64,000 nt of DNA from contig JAAOMT010000694.1 in the NCBI GenBank assembly GCA_016748015.1, positions 124,001 through 188,000 on the forward strand, given 5' to 3'. This DNA is from Geosiphon pyriformis uo1. Its lineage: Eukaryota; Fungi; Glomeromycota. The notes beneath the pieces were generated by a model. It had not been told where the DNA came from. It made no database searches and saw only the letters and a program-made list of their open reading frames with translations. Shown here in pieces: positions 12,650 to 22,599 of the stretch. The position numbers were made by a program, and so were the translations under genes. Position 1 is the first letter of the stretch; the number at the start of each line of letters is the position of its first letter.

Positions 12650-15600
12650 GTGGTGACCGCCTCAGACATCACAACTTTAGAGTAGTATCAATTGATTTAC
12701 ACACACTGCAAACAACGATTTGAAATATGCGATGGAATCATAGCTTTTAAGAAAACACTTTTTCAATACATCGAAAATCAAATCAACGACTACCTCTTTG
12801 GGAACTATAACATTACAACAGTTAAAAAAGATCTTCTTGAGAACATACTATACTATTCCAACACTGAATCAGAAAACATTAGTGCTGAAGCTTGCGCTAC
12901 TTATTTTGAGGAACTCGATTATAATATCATTCGATTCTGTAAAGAAAAATATCTTGCAAATGCACAATTTGCCTTTGAACTCGAATCTGAACCTGAAACC
13001 AGTAGCAACAAAAGACAAAAAGATAACCGACCTGTTCACACAACACCTAATACTCCCAAAATATTATTCAAACATCTACAAACACCTGAACAAGAAACCA
13101 GCTCAAAACTTCCACTTACTATTACACCTTTTCCAGCTTCACTTGCACAAGCACAAACACCTAATTCACCCTTGAATTGATTTGCAAGACCAGAAGATTT
13201 TACATCACTCAGAAGTCCCACCAGATAACAAGAACCCCTTCAAACTAGTTCCAATCTCCTTGATTTTCTAGCTGAAAATCAAAGTGAACACTCTGAGACA
13301 GTAGCAAATGAAGAAAACAACTCTGAAATAACCGAAGAAGAATCAATAGACAGTGAAAACAAAGAAGACAAAATGACAACATACATTGCAAAAATCCCTG
13401 AATTCAATGGAGAAGATATTGAGATCAGCTCTCAAGAATGGCTCGACCAAGTTACTAAAGCTGGAGATGCAAATGGATGGAATGCTGCCAGAATGTTAAG
13501 AACAATTCCCTACTTTCTCAAAGGAACAGCAGGAGAATGGTTTGAAAACCTTGCCGCCCCATTCAATGATTGGAATGCTTTCAAAGCAGCCTTTCTTGAA
13601 CAGTTCACCAACAATAATACCTCTATCACTTTTCGCAATCGTTTTTGAAATATCAAACAAGAACCCTCTGAATCCGTTATGACTTATATTAGAAAATTCA
13701 ACAAACTTCTCAGACGGATTCGCCAACTCGAGACAAACAATTATTATTCCGATGCTCAAATCTTGGATCAATTTATTGCTGGTTTAAAAGATAAACTAAT
13801 TAAAAAGGTTTGCCCACATGCGCCAGAAGATTTAAACTCTACCATACAGCATGCAAAAAGATACAAAATGGCCATGGAAAAGGTCAATTATACAAAACTT
13901 GTAAATTTGGCAATTGGAGAAACCAGCTCAGCAGCTGAGGAAAAAATTGACCAACTCACAAAGAAGGTCGAAAACTATTTTACCAACCAACAACAACAAC
14001 AACCTCAAAGATATCAACCACCCCAAAAACGAAATCAAAATAACTTTGCACCACTTTCCAATAACCAGCCCCAGAATTGCCATTACTGTGGAATCTCTGG
14101 CTACTGGAAAAGAGATTGCAGAAAGCTACAATGAGACCAACAAAACAGGGGTAATCTATGTTACTCTCCACTACAGCAATCTTATTATCAACCATTACCA
14201 TCAGCCTACTATCCACCAAGACCCCAATACCAAAATAACTATTATCAGCCCACCCCACAACTAATCCAACAGCAATACCAACAACCACCCACACAATAGT
14301 ATCAAGTACCTGCTTGAAGACTGATTACACAAAATCAATTTACACCACAAAACTGATACCAAGTAAACAACAATAGAATCAGTTCGAACAACCAATTAGT
14401 TCTCCGAAATTCCACTCAACCAAGACCTAACCACTACCACACTCAATCCAGTTATTTAACAATGCCAGAAGAACAGGATTTTTACCATACTGCACTCTCA
14501 GAAGGTAAAGCTGCAGCACAACAACAACAAAACCCTTCTCATAACCACACCACTATTCCACCAGCCTGAATTGCTGAAAATGCCAATCTCTCTGATATCT
14601 TTCCTTTCGAATTTGAAGCAAATGAATCACCATTCTTGCTTAGCAATGCAGCAGCTAATGAGCAAAAAGCCATCACTGCAATGTACACAGAAGCTGAAGT
14701 AGAAGGAAAGCCAATTCACTTGATCCTAGACAGTGGATCCGCCGGAAGCATTATCACCTACCAGTTAATGCAACAGTTGAAAAGAAATGTCGACCGACCA
14801 GCTCAAACAGTAATTGTCACTGCCAATGCCATAAAAAAGACACTAGTAGGAGAAATTGACAATTTTCTATTTACTCTTGATGGAATCACCATTCCAGTCA
14901 AAGTTCTTGTAATGGACACACCCTAGTACCAAGCTCTCATCGGAAATGATTGGCTTCAAAAAGCCAATGCTAATCTGAATTGGAAAACACAAGAATTAAC
15001 AATCTCTTACCAAGGACAACACGCCCAGGTATCTGCCATTTGTGGTACATTCAACAAACATTCTGAAAAAGCCCTGGCTTTTGAATTTGAACCAGAAGAA
15101 GAAAAACCAATAATCGAAACATTCATGGCTCTTGGATCAATGTCCAACTGGGCCGATGAAACAGAACAAGAACATTTTACCCCACACTCTGAACCCGAAA
15201 CCTTTGAATGGAATATTCCTTACTTAAAACCTGAACCAAGAAAACAATGCCCCTATATTTCCTTTAAATGTAAGGACTGCCACAAGAAACTATTGTCAAT
15301 GGGAGCCTACATTTCACCTGAAGAAGAATATGAGAATCATACTTGTTATTACTGTAAGGCTTGCCACAGAGAGCAATGGGGTCATCTAATAAAAAAGAGT
15401 GGAAAATGGGACAACACTCTTTGTTTGACTTGTGGAGATATGCTACCAGAAGAATACAATTGGATTGATGTAGCAATGAGAGAAGGCGTCTGTGATCAGA
15501 CCTGCCAATATACTTTATCAATTTCAGAAAAAGTAAAAAGAGAAACACCCTTTAATGCAGCATACAACAGTGCTCTCAACAAACTTTATTACTACCCTCA

Positions 15601-18031
15601 TGATGCCAAGATGATTTTCGACTTAGCAATGGCATTAATTAATGGACCTACCAAAGAAAATGTTCGTCAAATGAAGGAAGCAGAATACATTGAATACACT
15701 ATAGAATTAGCTGGATTTGATTATGAAGATGAAGTAGAAGTCTACCACCAAATTGCAAGTTACACCTACCCGACCCAAGAAGCTCAAATTCAATGATTAG
15801 AGCAAATGAACATTAGGCTATGTGAAGAATGCATTATGCCTTGCGATGAACAATGGTGTCCTGAATGCTATGCTCTTAATATCCCCTTGCCCAGCGAAAA
15901 TGATGAGAATGAAATTGAATTTGGAGAATCTAAAGAAATAGAAGAAATTGAAACAACACCCATCTACCTTATCGAAAATCAGCCTGCCTTATAACTTAAA
16001 TACTTCAACAACAACGGGCAAGGAATAAAACCTGAAAAAGCACATGAAATTGATGCTGGATATGATCTAAGATATTCAGGCAAGGATACTCTTATTCTTA
16101 AACCCAAATTTCTCACAAAAATCAATCTCAAAATTGCACTCGAAATCCCACCAGGAACAATGGTTCAAATTGCCTTCCGGTCCTCTCTGGCAAGCAAAGG
16201 AATCAATGTCAGAGGAGGAATAATTGATGCTGGATATACTGGAAACATAACAGTGATGCTTCAAAATGAAACTGACAAACCATTCAAGATCGAACATGCT
16301 GAAAAAATTGCCCAAGCTATTTACCTACCCTTAATCAACATTTCGGGTTTGCAACTAGTCAATCAAAGAGAACAATTAGGAAAAAACAATAAAAGAACCC
16401 AAGGTTTTGGTTCAACTGGACAATTCACAGTTCTAGTTAATATAGCTCTTAACACACAGAACGAATCCCACCAGATTCTCAGACTCACACAACCGATTAC
16501 TATCTCACCCTTTGGAAAACATCCAGAAATCTACACCTGCTCAAAGCCAACAACCACACAACAAATTTTTGAGTCCAATGAACAAGTCTGCTTGGAACAT
16601 AATATTTTAATTCCAAACATTTATATTCCAGAAGGAACAAAGAAAGTCCGAGTTACTTTTTACAACCCCAATAATTACCCCATAATTTTATTAAATAATT
16701 TAGAAATTGGAGTTATTCACAGTAATATATTTTAACAAGAATTATCCCAAATAGTTCCCAATTTCTCTGAAATTATTGGACATTCAATACCAAAAACCAA
16801 CCCAAACCCCAGCTCTGAAAACTACCATGTTGTCATGGAAAAACTATCTCGAATCAACATAGGACAACTTGAACCACAACAACAGACCCAGCTCAAAGAG
16901 CTAATTACAGAAATTACTGACATTTTCGCTGAAAACAACAATGACTTAGGAAGAACTGATTTGGTTCAACACTAAATCTATACAGAAGATACCAAACTAA
17001 GGCAACAACAAGCCTACCGAGTTCCCCCAGAAAGTCACCAATTTATCTGAAAAGAAGTACAACGGATGCTTAACAATGGGCTTATTCAATCAATAATGAG
17101 CCCATGGGCCTCACCTGTGGTTCTAGTTAAAAAGAAAAATGGAAAGATACGATTTTGTGTTGATTATTGACAACTCAACAGTATCACCATTGGAGATGCC
17201 TACCCTCTTCCACGAATTGATGACATGTTGGATGCCCTTGGAAAGTCCAAATACTTTTCAACATTGGATTTAGAGAGTGGATACTGACAAGTTGCTATGG
17301 ATCCCAAAGACCGCCCCAAAACAGCATTCACCACTCAAGGAGGAAATTACGAGTTCAATGTAATGCCTTTTGGATTATGCAATGCACCAGCAACATTTCA
17401 AAGACTCATGGATGTTGTTTACAAAGGCCTCCTTTGGAAATCAGTAGTAGTTTATCTTGATGACACTGATGTTTATTCACCATCTTTCGAGCTACATTTA
17501 ATTCACCTGCGAGAAGTTTTTCAATGATTACGGAAAGCAGGATTGAAACTGAACATTGAAAAATGCTACTTTGGAAAAACAAGTTTAGCTTTTCTTGGTC
17601 ACATTGTNNNNNNNNNNNNNNNNNNNNNNNNNNNNNNNNNNNNNNNNNNNNNNNNNNNNNNNNNNNNNNNNNNNNNNNNNNNNNNNNNNNNNNNNNNNNN
17701 NNNNNNNNNNNNNNNNNNNNNNNNNNNNNNNNNNNNNNNNNNNNNNNNNNNNNNNNNNNNNNNNNNNNNNNNNNNNNNNNNNNNNNNNNNNNNNNNNNNN
17801 NNNNNNNNNNNNNNNNNNNNNNNNNNNNNNNACTTTTATCTCAGACCCAAAGAATTCGATATTATCACTAATAATATTGGACTTAAATGGCTTCAAAACA
17901 AAAACACCCAGCTGAATGCAAAACAAACCCAATGGACAGGATTTTTAGCTAATTACCAATACATCGTACACTACAAACCAGGAAAACTCCATACCAATGT
18001 TGATTGTCTCTCAAGAATGAGGCAAGATTAG
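12650..18031 (+). pseudogene. gag-pol: A1 ORF1: Gag (N-extension, capsid, CCHC), aspartic protease, Cys-rich domain, dUTPase, dUTPase-like domain, RT, RNase H; one frame with point stops
   Basis: ORF pieces 12692, 13373, 13679, 14636, 15125, 15806, 16160, 17297 and 17543 are all in one frame. Motifs: CHYCGISGYWKRDC; ILDSGS; AGYDL/RSS/GIIDAGYTG/IAQ/GFGSTG; MPFGLCNAPATF, YLDD; NVDCLSR. N gap at 17608-17831. Confidence 0.93.
15995..16420 (+). pseudogene. dut: Trimeric-type dUTPase domain within A1 pol
   Basis: All five dUTPase motifs are recognisable: DAGYDL, RSSLA, GGIIDAGYTGNI, KIAQAI, RTQGFGSTG. Confidence 0.95.
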
Positions 18032-18080
18032 AAAACAAAACCAACACCCATTTGAATTAACAGCATCAAAACAACAAACA

Positions 18081-19466
18081 ATGAACTCCAAAAACTACAA
18101 CAATCTCAAACAATATTTGGAGACATTAACAATCCCACCAGATTGGTTCCTAGACAAAAAACATCAGTTACAACAACAAGCCAAACAATATTTTCTACAC
18201 AACAACATTATCTATCATCGAAATTTCAAAAACCCAACCAAACCACTCAGATTAATACAAGAACAGGAAAAAGAGACCATTTTATACAATATGCACTCAG
18301 ATCCTTCATCAGCACACTTCGGAAAAGATAGCACCACCCAAAGAACATTAGAATACTACTTTTGGCCTCAAATGAGAAAAGACATTCACGAATATGTCGA
18401 ATCTTGTGATAGTTGTCAAAAAAGAGGAGAAACTTGCCCTACAGAACCTTTAAATCCAATCAAAGTTGGACAGCCTTTTGACAGAGTTGGTATCAATTTA
18501 GTCAGACCACTATCTATCACCACTCAAGGAAACCATTATATTGCAGTAGCTATAGACTATCTTACTAAATGGCCTGAAGCCAGAGCCATTCAATGAGCAG
18601 ATGCAAAATCAGTAGCAAATTTCATCTACGAAAACATCATTTGTAGACATGGATGTCCAATTGAACTTTTATCCAATCAAGGAACACACTTTGTGAACAA
18701 CCTGATACAAGAAATTTGTGAACGATTCAATGTCAAAAGACCTCTGTTTTTGCCCTACCATCCACAAACAAATGAACTTGTGAAACGTTTTAACAGAACA
18801 TTGTGTGAGTCATTAGCCAAAGTCTCAACCAATTTTGAGCAAGAATGGGATCTCTTTATTCCATCAGTGTTACTAGCATACAGGACATTAAAACAAGATA
18901 CCATGAAACACACACCATTTGATTTAACTTATGGAAGAACAACAATGTTACCAATTAGTTTCACAGTAGAAACATACCCAGCACAACCAATCGATGAAAA
19001 CAATTTCCAAGAAACATTTCAGCGAAGAGCCTACACTTTGCTTAGCACATTGGAAAAAAAACGATGAATAGCAGCCACCCATATTAAACACTCCCAAGCT
19101 CAACAAAAAGAACAGCATGATGACAAATTGCCTTCAGTCACCAATAAATTCAAAATTGGAAACAAAGTTCTCTTACACAGAATTAAAGCTGAAAAACAAT
19201 GGAATGGAAAATTTGAAAATAAATGGGATGGACTATTCTTTATCCATGAAGTCCTAGGCAATGGATCATACAAGCTAAGACTTGATGACAAAATCCTAGC
19301 AAAAGTTGCACATAAAGATCATTTGAAACACTATCATTCCAGAAACAATCCTGAACTATTAATTCTACAAATTGGTACACATTTCTCTTTGGTCAGTCCT
19401 GAAGATATTCCCTGAAACTTAGAACCAATAGTTGTCATTGAACAACCTTCCAACCTGAACACTTAA
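18081..19466 (+). pseudogene. A1 ORF2: integrase (HHCC, DDE, GPY/F-like), own ATG, 461 codons with point stops
   Basis: HSDPSSAHFG...CDSC; VGINLV (D>N), LSNQG (D>N), VKRFNR (E>K); WDGLFFIHEVLGNGSYKL. No chromodomain seen. Confidence 0.92.
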
Positions 19467-19582
19467 TTTAATTTTACTAGTTATTCTCTTATAATTTAGA
19501 AACAATCTCACAAAAACAAAACAAAAATAACATAAAAACCCATACACCAAAAATAATTTTCTTTTATTTCAAATCGCTTATA

Positions 19583-20302
19583 ATGACTATTCATCAAAAC
19601 ATTCAACAATTATCCCAAAAACTAATGTTAGCTTTAAAAACAATACCCGAATTATCTATTACTGTTACTGGAAACCACATTAATTATACCCAAACAGAAG
19701 TAGTTACAAATTTAGCCCCAAACTCACGAAAATATCACCCATATAAGAAGAACACAAGAAGTTATTCTGGAATTCACCTGCCAAAACTTTTAAAGCTTGC
19801 TTTAAGAGAAAACCTAATGCTCACTCCAATTAGTATTCCACCAAATGCTACAATTCAACAAAAACTTCAACTGTGTCTTAATGAGGAAAACACTGAATAT
19901 CCTCCAATCTATAGATATTTCCACATTGGAAAAACACTCTACAAACGGAAACTGGAACTTACAACAGCAAACCTCACAAAAGAAGCTATTCAAAAACAAT
20001 TCCACAATGAATTCAAGACAACAGCTGAACCAACAAACAGTCACTACAAGCTCAGAACTGCTCTTAGACTTTATGACCTATTCCACACCTGTGAAAACGT
20101 ACTGCAAAACCCAATTTTTCAACCTTTAAAGATTCAATATATTGAAAAGCTCACAGAACTGAAATTTCAACAATTTTCAGACCAAATTTCTTCAATAATT
20201 TTGGATTATTATCTGGAAATAATAGACAGTACTTAGACTTCGACGGAGCTCAGTCTTGAGGAGGAGGTTATGTTACCAGACGAAATTAGAGATATTATTT
20301 AG
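19583..20302 (+). CDS. A1 ORF3, unknown non-Env protein; 217 aa open, ancestrally about 239 aa running into the 3' LTR
   Basis: Open 19583-20236. TAG at 20234-20236 is TGG in A2, which extends the frame through the PPT to TAG 20300-20302. Homologues in B0, B1, C and D. Confidence 0.8.
20258..20267 (+). promoter_or_regulatory. Polypurine tract of A1
   Basis: gaggaggagg, 3 nt before the 3' LTR. Confidence 0.9.
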
Positions 20303-21249
20303 CATAAAATTATCTTATAATTCCTATCATTAATTAGCATATATTATCGTTTCAAATAATCACTTATTATATTAGCAAAAATGTCGGAAATTATCATTTA
20401 ATTAATAACCCGAATTGTACACAACACAAATGTAACCTAATTGTGATGATTAATCATGCAATACCCCAAACTATGTAACATTCAGAAGTTTGCCGAAATT
20501 TGTAGAAATTTGCCAAAATAATTGATAGTTTACCGAAATATCTAATAGTTTGCCGAAATAACTTGTAGTTTGCCGAAATGTATCTTTAGTTCAGCGAAAT
20601 TGTAGAAAATAGCAAAGTTCAAGTTCATAGAATAGTGTTACGACAAGTTGTATAAAAGAAGAGCTTCTTTCTTCGAGAAAATGTATTTTATTTTAGATTT
20701 ATCTCTTAGAACCATTCCTATACACACAAAAAGAAATAAATATCAAATAATTTGAAAAACCAAATTCTTTAATTATTATACTTGGAAAATCCCCAAAACC
20801 CAACTAACATTTCGAAATTGATTAGCTACCAATTTCAGTAAACTGTTAGTGACTCCAGGCCTGGATAGAAAACATTCCCTTAATAAAAATCTTATTTCTT
20901 TTACATTTCTTTTATTTTTCTTTTCTTTTCTTATTACAATCATTAGGGTAGCCTACAGACAAGATTCCTGTAGAAGAGTTGACTTTCACAGCAAAGTAAC
21001 TACACATTTTTAGTGAGCTTCCAGACGAGCAATTCCTGGAAAAGAGTTGACGTTTACTACAACGTAACTACATAAAATAACTGGCAAGGAATTGGCCATT
21101 CCACTTATAAGCCCAGCAGTTCAAATTATAGAAGATAATTTGAAGATAAATTCAGTTACTGGAGGTTCAACCACATCCAGAAAACGTGAATTTACAGCAA
21201 ATAAGTATCAACAACATTACAGAAAAGAGACCAAAAACCTCCAGTAACA
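20271..21249 (+). repeat. A1 3' LTR
   Basis: Direct repeat of 11629-12607. Confidence 0.97.
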
Positions 21250-21858
21250 ATGTATAAGATCAGTCTCATAAAATATCTCAGTCATTATACTTTTCAAAGA
21301 TAACTGGGGAATCTGAAGGTAGAGAGATAGTCCATACTGTCAACAAATGATCATGCCTGGTATAATTTTATGCCTCATGTCGGCACTCTTAGAATTCAAT
21401 ATCAGGTATCAGATGTACTCTTCAGTCATGTTTTATTCAATAATTTTCAAATGCTATAATACATGTTTCAAGAAAAGAGTAAGAAATAACCAACAAGTAA
21501 TCTTTTATCTTAAGATATTTAGATACTTGAAAGTAGAAAAAGGAAAATTAGTGATAAAAAAAAGATTGAAATGAAAGTTGTTATTTTATTTATTTTATTT
21601 CTTTGATTTTTGACATGTATTTCTACAGCTAAGAGATTCATTGTTTATATAATTATTAAAAGTGGTCAATGATCAGGTCAATGATCAGATCAACAATCAA
21701 GTCAATGATCAGGTCAATAATTAGATTAATAATCAGATTAATGGTCAAGTTATTGATTAGATCAATAATTACTATCTAAAAATAGGGTGGTTAATTATAT
21801 GACATTAGTGGCTAATACATGTAATAACTAATAAAAAGTATGAGTTTTAACCATAACA
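21250..21858 (-). repeat. C 3' LTR, main portion
   Basis: Matches ~48306-48929. 12-bp AATGATCAGGTC-type tandem array at 21663-21772. Ends ccataaca. Confidence 0.92.
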
Positions 21859-21867
21859 TTATTTTCT

Positions 21868-22505
21868 TCAAAGAAATTGAGCTTTAGTGAAATCAAACTA
21901 TTTATGGAATAATTTATTTGAAAAGTTTTGTCTAATTCAAAGTTAACTAGTTTATTAAAGTTTTTGGTAAATAAAGTGTATAATATTTGAGGCAAAATAA
22001 GTTTTATATTTAAGAGACCAAATCTTTGTATTAGAGTTTTGGCTTTTCTAACAATAGTTAAAACTCTTGAAACATCTAACTATATAATGTCCAAAATTTC
22101 TGTCTGTATCTCTAAAGTTGTTTTTTTTATTAGTTTCATATCCTCTATAATTTTATCAAAGCAACCATAGAGTTTTAATTGTCTTTTATATAACAAGTTT
22201 TTGTCTATGAGCAAAATTTTTTGGATTGTTTTTCTAATTGTGCCAGAAGGTAAAAGTATAGCTGCTGTTATACTTTCCAACAGATATTTATTCATTTTGC
22301 TACCAATTTTTTCTCTTCTAGTAGTGGTTTTCTTGGATCTAATAACAATATGTGTTCTACTGTTATCAGTTATGATAGTCTGTTTTCCAATAGTCAGAGT
22401 AGTATTTGGATAGTTTTTAATCTAATACTCATAAAAAGTATAGAAAGTGTTTTGAATGTTTTGATTCAGAAAATAATTATTCATGTTGATTGAAGATACC
22501 TCCAT
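21868..22505 (-). pseudogene. C ORF3, decayed
   Basis: LNQNIQNTF...YPNTTLTIGKQTI resembles the A/B ORF3 N-termini. Ends FDFTKAQFL* just before the PPT. Confidence 0.6.
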
Positions 22506-22599
22506 TTTAAGAATAGTGCATTTATTTATACTGAATTTTTGCTGATTATTTGAGTCAGTATTATTACAACAGACAACCAATCAAGTTGTTTATAATATT

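Larger units (their letters stand above)
11629..21249 (+). mobile_element. Full-length Ty3/Gypsy element A1, dUTPase-bearing
   Basis: Two 979-bp LTRs (11629-12607, 20271-21249; about 31 mismatches by manual count, no indels). PBS 12610-12620, PPT 20258-20267. 4-bp TSD ATAT/ATGT inside the C LTR. Confidence 0.97.

Noticed and set aside
17608-17831. Apparent deletion in A1 RT/RNase H and X-filled ORFs
   Set aside because: Assembly gap. The corresponding A2 segment is about 456 bp against 224 Ns, so length and frame across the gap are artefacts.
19128-19466. Chromodomain at the integrase C-terminus
   Set aside because: Only a GPY/F-like region and a short Pro-rich tail (EPIVVIEQP); no chromodomain signature.
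19583-20236. ORF3 as an env gene
   Set aside because: Too short, with no signal peptide, transmembrane segment or fusion-protein features.
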